The notes below the pieces were generated by a model. It was not told the DNA's origin. It saw nothing but the letters and a program-made list of their open reading frames with translations, and made no database searches. DNA of 34,070 nt from Clostridia bacterium (GTDB lineage Bacteria; Bacillota; Clostridia; Oscillospirales; RGIG7773): contig JAFZHO010000022.1 in assembly GCA_017554835.1 (NCBI GenBank), positions 1 through 34,070 on the forward strand, written 5' to 3'. Each line of letters starts with the position of its first letter. The first letter of the stretch is position 1. Below, one piece after another: positions 1-9,110 of the stretch. The translations under genes were made by a program, and so were the position numbers.

Positions 1-848
1 GCAAAGAGCTGTTCTCTATCCTGGGTGAGTTCTCCCATCAGACCATCGCCGCCGCTTTCGATAAGGCGGCACCGGAAAGCATCACCGCTGACTCCCCCAT
101 CCCCGGTCGTCCGCCCATGATGTGTGCCGGCTGTCCTCACCGTGGAATGTTCTACACCTTGGCTAAAAATAAAATCACCGTTCTGGGTGATATTGGCTGC
201 TATACCTTGGGCGCAGTTGCTCCTTTAAGCGTAATTGATACTACTATCTGCATGGGTGCGAGTATTTCATCTCTTCACGGAATGGAAAAAGGCCGTGGAA
301 AAGACTTTATTAAAAATTGGGTTGCAGTTATCGGCGATTCTACTTTCTTACATACGGGTATTAACTCACTTGTTAATATGGTTTATAATAAGGCAACAGG
401 AACGGTAATGATTCTTGATAACAGAACAACGGGTATGACCGGCCATCAGGAACACGCCGCTACGGGAAAAACTCTGAAAGGCGAAGATACCTATGCGGTT
501 AATCTTGCTGATTTATGCCGTTCTATCGGCGTTTCAAACGTAATTGAGGTTAACGCCTTTGACGTGAAACGTCTGGAAGAAATTCTGAAAGAAAGCATTA
601 ACGGCGACGTTCTGACCGTTATTATTGCAAAATCACCATGCGTTCTTTTAAAAGGTCAGAAATTCCCTGAGGTTTGCTTTGTTGAGTCTGATTCTTGCAA
701 AAAATGCGGCGCATGTATGAAAATTGGATGCCCTGCTATGACTTATGACGAAAACGGAAAAGTAAAAATCGACCCCACCATGTGTAACGGATGTGGTCTT
801 TGCCAAAATTATTGTAAATTCAATGCAATTCAGAGGGTGGAGAGATAA
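1..848 (+). CDS. iorA: Indolepyruvate:ferredoxin oxidoreductase alpha subunit, C-terminal part (5' end lies outside the window)
   Basis: The frame is open from base 3 (KELFSILGEF...RPPMMCAGCPHRG), so the listed M at 117 is internal. It has a TPP-binding-type region and a C-terminal 2x[4Fe-4S] ferredoxin motif (CKKCGACMKIGCP...CNGCGLCQNYC). iorB follows 2 nt downstream. Confidence 0.9.
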   Translation, partial: KELFSILGEFSHQTIAAAFDKAAPESITADSPIPGRPPMMCAGCPHRGMFYTLAKNKITVLGDIGCYTLGAVAPLSVIDTTICMGASISSLHGMEKGRGKDFIKNWVAVIGDSTFLHTGINSLVNMVYNKATGTVMILDNRTTGMTGHQEHAATGKTLKGEDTYAVNLADLCRSIGVSNVIEVNAFDVKRLEEILKESINGDVLTVIIAKSPCVLLKGQKFPEVCFVESDSCKKCGACMKIGCPAMTYDENGKVKIDPTMCNGCGLCQNYCKFNAIQRVER

Positions 849-850
849 TT

Positions 851-1417
851 ATGATTAAAAATATTATGATTGTAGGCGTCGGCGGTCAAGGAACTCTTTT
901 GACCAGCAGAATCATCGGAAAAGCCGCTATGGCAAATGGATGCGACGTAAAAATTTCTGAAGTTCACGGCATGGCTCAGCGAGGGGGCAGCGTTGTTACT
1001 TTTGTTCGTTTTGGCGATAAGGTAAGCGAACCCGTCGTTGAAGAAGGTCAGGCAGACGTTATTATTGCATTTGAGCGTCTGGAAGCTCTTCGCTATGCTC
1101 ATTTTCTAAAAAAAGACGGCGTTCTGATCGTTAACGACTGCCGTATTGACCCTATGACAGTTGTTATCGGTGCGAAAAAATATCCTGAAAATATTATAGA
1201 AACCCTTAAAGAAGAACACTCAGTTTATGCAATAGACGGGCAGAAGATTGCTCTTGAACTTGGAAACAGCAAGGTTCTTAACTCTGTTGTTTTGGGATAT
1301 GCGGCAAAATTTATCGGTTTTGAGAAAGATTCATGGCTTGAAACCGTTTCAAAAACTGTTCCCGCAAAGACCATCGAAATTAATCAAAAGGCCTTTTTGT
1401 GTGGCTATGATAAATAA
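851..1417 (+). CDS. iorB: Indolepyruvate oxidoreductase beta subunit
   Basis: 188 aa with the N-terminal IMIVGVGGQGTLL motif typical of the gamma/IorB domain of 2-oxoacid:ferredoxin oxidoreductases. RBS GGTGGAGA lies upstream and the gene is tightly coupled to iorA. Confidence 0.9.
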   Translation: MIKNIMIVGVGGQGTLLTSRIIGKAAMANGCDVKISEVHGMAQRGGSVVTFVRFGDKVSEPVVEEGQADVIIAFERLEALRYAHFLKKDGVLIVNDCRIDPMTVVIGAKKYPENIIETLKEEHSVYAIDGQKIALELGNSKVLNSVVLGYAAKFIGFEKDSWLETVSKTVPAKTIEINQKAFLCGYDK

Positions 1418-1437
1418 AAACGAAAGGAACTTTTGAA

Positions 1438-2736
1438 ATGATTTGGAATGAAACAAAAGAATGTATGAGCCGAGACCAGATGACGGCTTTGCAAAGCGCA
1501 AGACTTGTTAAACTTGTTGACTATATGTATCACAACGTTGAGTTCTATCGCAAAAAAATGCAGGCAGTCGGTCTTATGCCAAACGATATTAAATCTATCG
1601 AAGATATTACTAAACTTCCTTTTACAACAAAAGATGACCTCAGGGATAACTATCCTTTTGGGTTATTTGCTGTTCCAAATTCTCAGATAGTAAGAGTTCA
1701 TGCATCAAGCGGAACTACGGGAAAAGCAACGGTAGTTGGTTATACCCGCCGTGACCTTGATATCTGGTCAGAATGCGTTGCAAGATGCATGACAATGGCC
1801 GGAATTACCAAAGATGATATTATTCAAATCGCTTATGGTTACGGGCTTTTTACCGGTGGCCTTGGCGCTCACGACGGTGCTCAAAAGATTGGGGCAACCG
1901 TTGTTCCTATGAGCACGGGAAATTCTCAGAAGCTTACCACTATGATGGTGGATTTCGGCGCAACGGCAATCGCCTGCACTCCGTCTTATCTTCTTCATAT
2001 TTCCGAGGTTCTTGCCAAGGAGAATTTGCTTGATAAAATCAAGTTAAAGGCAGCTATCTGCGGTGCAGAACCCTGGACAGAAAAAATGCATAAGGAAATT
2101 GAGTCAAGACTGAATATCAAGGCCTTTGATATCTATGGCCTTAGCGAAATTATGGGTCCCGGAGTTGCTTGCGACTGCGAATTCCATAAAGGGCTTCACG
2201 TATGCGAGGACCACTTCTATCCTGAGGTTCTTGATACTGCAACGATGACTCCCGTTGCAGATGGAGAAACAGGTGAGCTTGCTTTCACAACCTTGACAAA
2301 AGAGGGAATCCCTCTTATTCGTTATCGCACCAAAGACCTTACAAGCATCGACCATTCCACCTGCGACTGCGGAAGAACAAGCGCCCGTATATCCAGATTT
2401 AAGGGCCGTGTTGACGATATGCTTATTATTCGTGGGGTTAACGTATTCCCAAGTCAGGTTGAGGCGGCTTTAGTCAACGTTGAAGAGGTTACTCCTCATT
2501 ATATGATGATAGTTGACCGAGTAAATAATCTTGATACCCTTGAAATTCAGGTGGAAGTTGACCAGAAATATTATACTGACGAGATTCGTGTTATCGAGGG
2601 ATTGACCAAAAAGATTGGCCACGTTATTCAGCAGGCACTTGGCATAAACGCAAAGATTAAGATAGTTGAACCTTTGTCTCTTGTGAGAAGTCAGGGCAAG
2701 GCGGTTCACGTCATCGATAATAGAAAATTATATTGA
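1438..2736 (+). CDS. paaK: Phenylacetate-CoA ligase family adenylate-forming enzyme
   Basis: 432 aa with the SSGTTGK adenylation motif and a PaaK-type N-terminus (LQSARLVKLVDYMY...YRKKM). RBS AAAGGAA. The position after iorAB is the classical arrangement. Confidence 0.88.
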   Translation: MIWNETKECMSRDQMTALQSARLVKLVDYMYHNVEFYRKKMQAVGLMPNDIKSIEDITKLPFTTKDDLRDNYPFGLFAVPNSQIVRVHASSGTTGKATVVGYTRRDLDIWSECVARCMTMAGITKDDIIQIAYGYGLFTGGLGAHDGAQKIGATVVPMSTGNSQKLTTMMVDFGATAIACTPSYLLHISEVLAKENLLDKIKLKAAICGAEPWTEKMHKEIESRLNIKAFDIYGLSEIMGPGVACDCEFHKGLHVCEDHFYPEVLDTATMTPVADGETGELAFTTLTKEGIPLIRYRTKDLTSIDHSTCDCGRTSARISRFKGRVDDMLIIRGVNVFPSQVEAALVNVEEVTPHYMMIVDRVNNLDTLEIQVEVDQKYYTDEIRVIEGLTKKIGHVIQQALGINAKIKIVEPLSLVRSQGKAVHVIDNRKLY

Positions 2737-2757
2737 TAATTTAAGGAGAGAATTACT

Positions 2758-3186
2758 ATGTTTGCTAAGCAGTTAACCGTTTTTATTGAAAACAGAGCAG
2801 GAAGACTTTCCGAGGTTTTGAGCGTTCTCAAAGAAAGTGGAGTAAATATTTTGTCTCTAAGTCTTGCAGATACCACTGAGTTCGGATTACTTCGCCTTAT
2901 TGTTGATGATGCAGCAAAAGGAAAAGAGAGACTTACCGAAAAAGGATTTTCATCTTTGCTTTCCGACGTTTCTATTATTCAGATTACTCATAAGGTTGGA
3001 AGTTTGCAGGAATTACTTAAAGCTATTGATGCTAACGGAGTTAATATTGAATATATGTATGGTCTTTCTATCGAATCTGAACAGGCCTACGTTGTTTTGA
3101 AAGCATCTGACATCAATAAATTGATGGAGATTCTTGAGGCGAATAATATTCGCACCTTATCCAATCAGGATTTATCCGAAATTTAA
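2758..3186 (+). CDS. ACT domain-containing protein (tandem ACT)
   Basis: 142 aa. The pattern LTVFIENRAGRLSEVLSVL...GVNI recurs as KVGSLQELLKAI..GVNI, consistent with two ACT ligand-binding repeats. RBS AAGGAGAG. Confidence 0.75.
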   Translation: MFAKQLTVFIENRAGRLSEVLSVLKESGVNILSLSLADTTEFGLLRLIVDDAAKGKERLTEKGFSSLLSDVSIIQITHKVGSLQELLKAIDANGVNIEYMYGLSIESEQAYVVLKASDINKLMEILEANNIRTLSNQDLSEI

Positions 3187-3203
3187 GCAAGGCAGGTTAT
3201 AGC

Positions 3204-4397
3204 ATGGGATATAATCAGAAAATGTTCGGACTTGGAAGCAAACGTTCGATCATCAGAGAAATTTTTGAATACAGTAAAGCAAGAGCAAAAGAAATCGGCG
3301 CGGAAAACGTTTTTGATTTCAGTCTTGGAAACCCAAGCGTTCCCGCTCCTGCAGACGTTAACGATACTATTCGCCACCTTCTTGATACTCAGGATTCAGT
3401 AGCCCTTCATGGCTATACCTCTGCGCAGGGAGACCTTGGCGTTCGCCAGGCAATTGCTGATGATATAAATAAGAGATTTGGCGTTTCTATTTCGCCTAAT
3501 CTGATTTATATGACTTGTGGCGCTGCTGCTTCTCTTTCTATTTGTCTTAAAGCGATTTTTGAGGCAGAAAAGGAAGAGGAATGTATCGTTTTTGCACCTT
3601 TCTTTACGGAGTATAAGGTTTTTATCGAAAACGCAGGGGGAAAAGTTGTAATTAGCACTCCTGTTGAGGATACTTTGCAGATTGACGTTTCCGATTTTGA
3701 GAAAAAAATTACCCCCGCTACCAAGGCAGTTATTATAAACTCCCCGAATAACCCCAGTGGAGTTGTTTATTCCGAGGAAACTATTCGAGAGGTATCCGAG
3801 GTATTAAAGAAAAAATCCAAAGAATATAATAAAGAGATATATCTTATTGCAGATGAACCATATCGTGAACTGGTTTATTCCGACGTTAAGGTTCCTTATC
3901 TTATGGATTATTATGATAATACCCTTGTTTGCTATTCTTATTCCAAGTCACTTTCCCTACCCGGTGAGAGAATCGGCTATATTGCCGTTTGTCCGAAAAT
4001 GGAAGATTGCAATAACCTTTATCTTGCCATTTGTGGCGCAGGAAGAGCGTTGGGTTACGTTTGTGCTCCAAGTTTATTTCAGCAGGTTATTTCCCGTTGC
4101 CTTAACGCAAAGGTAAACGTTGAGGCCTATAAGGAAAATAGAGACCTTCTCTATAATAATCTGACGAAATACGGCTATAAATGCGTAAAACCTGACGGAG
4201 CTTTTTATCTTTTTGTAAAAGCATTGGAAGAGGATGCCTACGCGTTTTATGAAAAAGCAAAGAAGCACGAGATATTGGTTGTTCCCTGCGATGATTTTGG
4301 ATTAAAGGGATACGTCAGAATTGCATATTGCACCGCAAAAGAAACGGTTTTGGGTGCTCTGCCTGCTTTTGAGGCGCTGGCAAAAGAATATTTATAA
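3204..4397 (+). CDS. Class I/II PLP-dependent aminotransferase (aspartate/aromatic type)
   Basis: 397 aa with the PLP-lysine motif YSYSKSLSLPGERIGY, NSPNNPSG and an N-terminal FSLGNP motif. Confidence 0.9.
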   Translation: MGYNQKMFGLGSKRSIIREIFEYSKARAKEIGAENVFDFSLGNPSVPAPADVNDTIRHLLDTQDSVALHGYTSAQGDLGVRQAIADDINKRFGVSISPNLIYMTCGAAASLSICLKAIFEAEKEEECIVFAPFFTEYKVFIENAGGKVVISTPVEDTLQIDVSDFEKKITPATKAVIINSPNNPSGVVYSEETIREVSEVLKKKSKEYNKEIYLIADEPYRELVYSDVKVPYLMDYYDNTLVCYSYSKSLSLPGERIGYIAVCPKMEDCNNLYLAICGAGRALGYVCAPSLFQQVISRCLNAKVNVEAYKENRDLLYNNLTKYGYKCVKPDGAFYLFVKALEEDAYAFYEKAKKHEILVVPCDDFGLKGYVRIAYCTAKETVLGALPAFEALAKEYL

Positions 4398-4401
4398 AAT
4401 T

Positions 4402-4436
4402 AAAAGGTATCGGTAAAACGCCGATACCTTTTTTAT
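4402..4436 (+). terminator. Rho-independent terminator ending the ior-paaK-aminotransferase operon
   Basis: Stem AAAAGGTATCGG / CCGATACCTTTT followed by a T-run, 5 nt after the stop codon. Confidence 0.7.
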
Positions 4437-4440
4437 ATTA

Positions 4441-4469
4441 TTGCAGAGCAAGATGATATATGGTATGAT
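4441..4469 (+). promoter_or_regulatory. Sigma-A type promoter for the ATPase gene
   Basis: TTGCAG (4441-4446), 17 nt spacer, extended -10 TGgTATGAT (4461-4469). Confidence 0.5.
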
Positions 4470-4485
4470 ATAAAAAAACCAAAGG

Positions 4486-5232
4486 ATGAGAAAAGTGACT
4501 TATATAAGCAAAATTTTATTTGACGGTATGTTGGATAAAAATTCATATTTAAAGTCTTTGCCTGCCGTGAAGCATTTAGAGAAAGAAGGGGAGATTTGTT
4601 TTTCTTCTCCCGTTAGTTTTTTCGTTGGCGAAAACGGAACGGGCAAATCCACCTTGATTGAGGCAATCGCCGTGGCCTACGGTTTTAATGCCGAGGGAGG
4701 TTCGAAGAATTTTTCTTTTTCAACGAACGAGACTCATTCCGAGCTTTATAAGCACTTAAAGGTTTCAAAACGGGGCTTTGCCAAGGATGGATTTTTTCTT
4801 CGTGCGGAAAGTTTATATAACGTTGCAACAAATATTGACAAAATGGATGAAGAGCCATCCTTTGATCCTAAAATTATAGAGGCGTATGGCGGGGTTTCTC
4901 TTCATAATCAGTCCCACGGGGAAAGTTTTTTATCTATTGTTCAGAATAGGTTTTTCGGCAATGGAGTTTATATCCTTGATGAGCCGGAGGCGGCGCTTTC
5001 TCCTATGCGGCTTCTGACCTTGATGGCCGAGATAAATGAGCTTTTGAAAAAAGGTTCTCAGTTTATAATAGCTACCCATTCTCCAATATTGATGGCCTTT
5101 CCCGAAGCGGAGATTTTTGAGTTTTCGGACGAAGGAATCAATAAAGTGAATTATAAAGATACGGAGCATTTCAAGATTACAAAAATGTTTCTTGATAACC
5201 CGGAAAAAATGCTCCATTATTTATTGAAATAA
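4486..5232 (+). CDS. Stand-alone ABC/AAA-type ATPase (COG3910-like predicted ATPase)
   Basis: Walker A GENGTGKST, Q-loop/signature-like SHGESF, Walker B YILDEPEAALS and an H-loop ATHSP. The ATG at 4486 abuts the AAAGGA RBS, so the in-frame GTG at 4495 (8 nt spacing) may be the real start. Confidence 0.75.
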   Translation: MRKVTYISKILFDGMLDKNSYLKSLPAVKHLEKEGEICFSSPVSFFVGENGTGKSTLIEAIAVAYGFNAEGGSKNFSFSTNETHSELYKHLKVSKRGFAKDGFFLRAESLYNVATNIDKMDEEPSFDPKIIEAYGGVSLHNQSHGESFLSIVQNRFFGNGVYILDEPEAALSPMRLLTLMAEINELLKKGSQFIIATHSPILMAFPEAEIFEFSDEGINKVNYKDTEHFKITKMFLDNPEKMLHYLLK

Positions 5233-5308
5233 TAAATTCAAGAGGCGAAAGTCGAAGAGGATTTCGCACTGTAATATAATATTAACGACTTTTCGAAAGG
5301 TGATATTG

Positions 5309-8296
5309 ATGAAAAGATTTTTGTCATTTGTTTTAGTAATTACATTAGTGCTATCAATTATGCCGACGGGACTTTTTGGCATAACGGCAAACGCGGCAAC
5401 AACGGCTTCCGGCACCTGCGGGGAAAATCTAACCTGGACATTAGATAGCGATGGCGTTCTTACTATCTCCGGAACGGGAATGATGGATAATTATTTATCC
5501 ACGGTTTCTGCGCCGTGGTATAACTATCGATCGTCAATACAAAGAATTGTAATTGAGCAAGGAGTAACTAGTGTTGGTAGCTGTGTGTTTTCTAATTGCA
5601 CCAATACTACTCAGATTACTATTCCAAATAGCGTAACATGCATTGGATATGATGCGTTTGCATATTGCTCAAATCTAACTAGTATCACCATTCCAAATAG
5701 CGTAACAAGTATTGGTTGGAGTGCGTTTTCTTTTTGTTCTAGTCTAACAAACATTACCATCCCAAATAGCGTAACAAGTATTGAGAGTTGGACATTTGAA
5801 GACTGCTCTAATCTAACTAGCATCACAATCCCAAACAGCGTAACAAACATTGGAAATTGGGCATTCCTCGGTTGCTCTAAATTGACAAACGTTACCTACT
5901 GTGGAACAAAAACGAAATGGAATAAGATATCAATTGGTTCCGATAATTCTAATCTAACAAATGCAACACGAAAATATCATAGTTGGCTTGGAGGAGCAGA
6001 GGATAATAGATTAACATGTTCAATATGCGGAATGTATGAAGATACGGCGGATTATGGCACCTGTGGAAAAAATCTTACCTGGTCTCTTGATGTTGCTGGT
6101 GTTTTAACTATTTCCGGCATAGGGGATATGAGTGAATATGTGTCCTCAACTTCCGCACCATGGTATAATTATCGTTCCTTAATAAAAAACGTTATAATTG
6201 AACAAGGTGTGACAAGTGTTGGAGACTATGCGTTTTGTGGTTACTATAGTTTGACAAGTGTAACTATTTCAGATAGCGTAACAAGCATTAGAGAGGGTGC
6301 GTTCTATAACTGCTCTAACTTGGCAAGCGTAACCATTGGAAAAAATGTAACAGATATTGGTGAGAGGGCGTTTGGTGTTTGCTCAAAATTGGCAAGTGTA
6401 AGCATTCCAGATAGCGTTACAAGTATTGGAGAAAGTGCGTTCGCTTGTTGCTATAGCCTAACAAATATTACTATTCCGAACAGCGTAAAAAACATAGATA
6501 ATTCAGCGTTCTCTTATTGCGATAATCTAGTAAGTATCATAATGTATAATGGCGTAAAAACTATTGGAGACTATGCGTTCCAGTCCTGCTCTAACTTAGT
6601 CAGTATTACTATTCCAAATAGTGTAACAAACATTGGATATAAAGCGTTTTATGACTGTTCTAAACTAGATAGTATTGCAATAGGTGATGGTATAGTAAGC
6701 ATTGGAGAGTATGCTTTTTATGAATGTCCTAAGTTGAAAAACGTTATCTACTGTGAAAGAGAAGAAAAATGGAACGAGATATCCATTGGTTCGAATAACG
6801 TTTCTTTAACTTCTGCCTCTCGAAAATATCATGATTGGACGGAGAGTGCTGAAAATGGTGTTGTTTGTTCTGTTTGTGGTATAAGTGTAGAGACCATTGT
6901 AGCATTCGGCACTTGTGGTGAGAATTTAATGTGGACACTTAACGGCGGTGGCGTTCTGACCATCTCCGGCACAGGGGATATGGAGCATTATTCGTTTTCC
7001 GGATCCATACCATGGCATAGTTACCGCTCTGCTATAAAGAATGTTGTGATAGAACAGGGCGTAACAGGTATTGGAAATTATGCATTCGAGAATTGTACTA
7101 ATTTGACAAGTATTGATATCCCAAATAGCGCAGCATATATTGGCAACTTTGCGTTCTGCGGCTGCTCTAATTTGATAGACATAACTATTCCTGATAGCGT
7201 AACAAGTATTGGCCAGAGTGCGTTTTTTAATTGCTCTAATCTGACAAACATCACCATCCCAAATGGCGTAACAATCATTGAATATTATGCGTTTTTTGGT
7301 TGTTCTAATTTGACAAACATAACTATTCCTGATAGTGTAACAAGTATTGATCAGTATTCATTTTATAAATGCTCTAAATTGACAAGCGTTATTATTGGAA
7401 ATAGCGTAACAAGCATCAGAAATTATGCGTTTAAAGACTGCACAAACTTGGCGAGCGTAACCATCGGAAATAGTGTAACAGGTATTGGAAATTATACGTT
7501 CGAGAATTGCACTAGCCTGACAAGTATTGCCATCCCAAATTGCATAATGGATATTGGATATCGTGCATTCTACGGTTGCTCTAACCTGACAAACGTTACT
7601 TACTGTGGCACAGAAACGGAATGGAATAAGATATCAATTGGTTCTAGTAATTATGATCTGATCAATGCAACACTAAAATACCATGATTATGACGAAGAAA
7701 CTAAAGTTTGTTCTGTGTGTAAACTAATCAATTCTCCTGAAATATTCAAAGACGTAGCAGAAAATTCCTGGTATAAGGAATACGTTGATTTTGCAGTTAC
7801 TTATGGAATTTTCAAAGGCACTGCGAGTGATATTTTCTCACCGGAGACAGATATGACAAGAGCGCAGATGGTTCAGGTTTTTGCAAATCTTTCGGGAATT
7901 GATACTACCAACTCAAACGTGGAATCGGGATTCAAGGACGTTCCTAAGGGAACGTGGTATACCTCTGCAGTTACCTGGGCGGCGCAAAACAAAATCGTAA
8001 GCGGTGTTGGCGATGGAAAATTTGATCCTGATGCTAAAATCACCCGTGAGCAGATGTGTTTGATGCTTTGCAACTATATTGAAAAATGCCTTGGCAAAAC
8101 CATTGAGCCAGAAAAAGAGGTATCTACTTTTGCCGATGATGGAAGTATTTCCGACTGGGCGAAAGAAGCCGTTTATAAATGCGCAAAATCAGGACTTGTA
8201 AACGGCGTGGGAAACAACAAATTCGACCCGCAGTCAACTGCAACTCGTGCTCAGGGAGCAACTTTATTTACAAATTTCTATAAAAAATATATGTAA
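5309..8296 (+). CDS. Secreted BspA-type leucine-rich-repeat surface protein with three C-terminal SLH domains
   Basis: The likely start is the ATG at 5309 (RBS GAAAGGTGA), not the GTG at 5300. Signal peptide MKRFLSFVLVITLVLSIMPTGLFGITANA. There are three modules, each opening GTCGxNLTWxLxxxGVLTISGxGxM...PWYxYRS. Each continues with runs of 23-aa repeats (ITIPNSVTSIGxxAFxxCSNLTS) and closes with CGTxxxWNKISIGSxNxxLxxAxxKYH. The C-terminus carries three SLH motifs (FKDV..WY, FKDVPKGTWY, FADDGSISDWAKEAV). Confidence 0.85.
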   Translation: MKRFLSFVLVITLVLSIMPTGLFGITANAATTASGTCGENLTWTLDSDGVLTISGTGMMDNYLSTVSAPWYNYRSSIQRIVIEQGVTSVGSCVFSNCTNTTQITIPNSVTCIGYDAFAYCSNLTSITIPNSVTSIGWSAFSFCSSLTNITIPNSVTSIESWTFEDCSNLTSITIPNSVTNIGNWAFLGCSKLTNVTYCGTKTKWNKISIGSDNSNLTNATRKYHSWLGGAEDNRLTCSICGMYEDTADYGTCGKNLTWSLDVAGVLTISGIGDMSEYVSSTSAPWYNYRSLIKNVIIEQGVTSVGDYAFCGYYSLTSVTISDSVTSIREGAFYNCSNLASVTIGKNVTDIGERAFGVCSKLASVSIPDSVTSIGESAFACCYSLTNITIPNSVKNIDNSAFSYCDNLVSIIMYNGVKTIGDYAFQSCSNLVSITIPNSVTNIGYKAFYDCSKLDSIAIGDGIVSIGEYAFYECPKLKNVIYCEREEKWNEISIGSNNVSLTSASRKYHDWTESAENGVVCSVCGISVETIVAFGTCGENLMWTLNGGGVLTISGTGDMEHYSFSGSIPWHSYRSAIKNVVIEQGVTGIGNYAFENCTNLTSIDIPNSAAYIGNFAFCGCSNLIDITIPDSVTSIGQSAFFNCSNLTNITIPNGVTIIEYYAFFGCSNLTNITIPDSVTSIDQYSFYKCSKLTSVIIGNSVTSIRNYAFKDCTNLASVTIGNSVTGIGNYTFENCTSLTSIAIPNCIMDIGYRAFYGCSNLTNVTYCGTETEWNKISIGSSNYDLINATLKYHDYDEETKVCSVCKLINSPEIFKDVAENSWYKEYVDFAVTYGIFKGTASDIFSPETDMTRAQMVQVFANLSGIDTTNSNVESGFKDVPKGTWYTSAVTWAAQNKIVSGVGDGKFDPDAKITREQMCLMLCNYIEKCLGKTIEPEKEVSTFADDGSISDWAKEAVYKCAKSGLVNGVGNNKFDPQSTATRAQGATLFTNFYKKYM

Positions 8297-8300
8297 TAAT

Positions 8301-8330
8301 AAAACCCTCGGAAAAATCCGAGGGTTTTTT
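8301..8330. terminator. Bidirectional rho-independent terminator between convergent genes
   Basis: AAAACCCTCGG-aaaaat-CCGAGGGTTTTTT, with an A-run on one side and a T-run on the other. Confidence 0.75.
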
Positions 8331-8335
8331 AGTTA

Positions 8336-9040
8336 TTATTTCTTTTTTCTTTGTGCTATTATAAAGGGGAGATGGAAGAGGGAGATTATAGAAACTCCAA
8401 GTCCCACAAGTCGCAAGAAATAAATATACCAGCCCTGGTTAAGGTTTAGAAATGGCAGGTTTTCCATAGGCGGACGAACAAGATACATAAAGTTAACGTT
8501 ATATACTGATAAAACGCTATTAACGTAAATCAACGCCCATATAAGAAGGAGAAGAATTATCATATTTCTGCCAAGGGTTTTAAGGCAGGGTTTTGACTTG
8601 CCGCTTAAAATAAGATAAATTCCGAACCACAAAAGTCCCCCGTGATAAACAAAGCACTGATAGGACTGAATATTCAAAAAATCCGTTCCCACCGTTGGAA
8701 TAAGAATTGCGCAGATACTACCCAAAATTCCTGCAACTGCAATAAAATCTATAACTATCTGCTTTGCCTTGCCATCTTTTCCAAAGGTTATAAATAAAAC
8801 TCCGAAAAGCATCAGACTGCATAAATGAAAGGGAAGAGAAGTAGGCGCAAGAACGTAGCCACCTTTTCCGCCTTCGGTCATATCGCTCATAATTTTGCTT
8901 ATTTCGCTTATTAAAGAGATGGTGCTCATTATATACCCTGCAGTTTTGAGAGAAAAGTTCTTCTTTTTGCTTATCACTGAAAGGGCAATAACGCAAAAAA
9001 CAGTTATAAATATCCATATAAAATGTTCAACGTCAAACAT
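8336..9040 (-). CDS. Polytopic membrane protein, TIGR02206/YwaF-like
   Basis: Multiple hydrophobic helices and an LPFHLCSL motif reminiscent of the TIGR02206 family. AAAGGAG lies 7 nt upstream of the ATG at 9040 (MFDVEHF...), so the ORF-track start at 9067 is probably too far upstream. Confidence 0.6.
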   Translation of the reverse strand: MFDVEHFIWIFITVFCVIALSVISKKKNFSLKTAGYIMSTISLISEISKIMSDMTEGGKGGYVLAPTSLPFHLCSLMLFGVLFITFGKDGKAKQIVIDFIAVAGILGSICAILIPTVGTDFLNIQSYQCFVYHGGLLWFGIYLILSGKSKPCLKTLGRNMIILLLLIWALIYVNSVLSVYNVNFMYLVRPPMENLPFLNLNQGWYIYFLRLVGLGVSIISLFHLPFIIAQRKKK

Positions 9041-9110
9041 ACTAAATCTCCTTTTGAAAACGTTCACGAAAGATTATATCACGAAAAAGATAGGAAAACA
9101 ACCCGAAAAA

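Noticed and set aside
5611-5850. Minus-strand ORFs 5611..5850 and 7078..7278, with a periodic peptide VTLFGIVM.VRLEQ
   Set aside because: They lie antisense to the LRR repeat units of the 5309..8296 gene. Their periodicity just mirrors the sense-strand 69-nt repeat. They have no RBS or independent signal.
5411-7700. Possibility that the regularly spaced DNA repeats in the LRR gene, or those at 22168..23916, are a CRISPR array
   Set aside because: The repeats are in-frame coding units within long ORFs, are imperfect, and lack unique spacers of constant length. No cas genes or leader are present.
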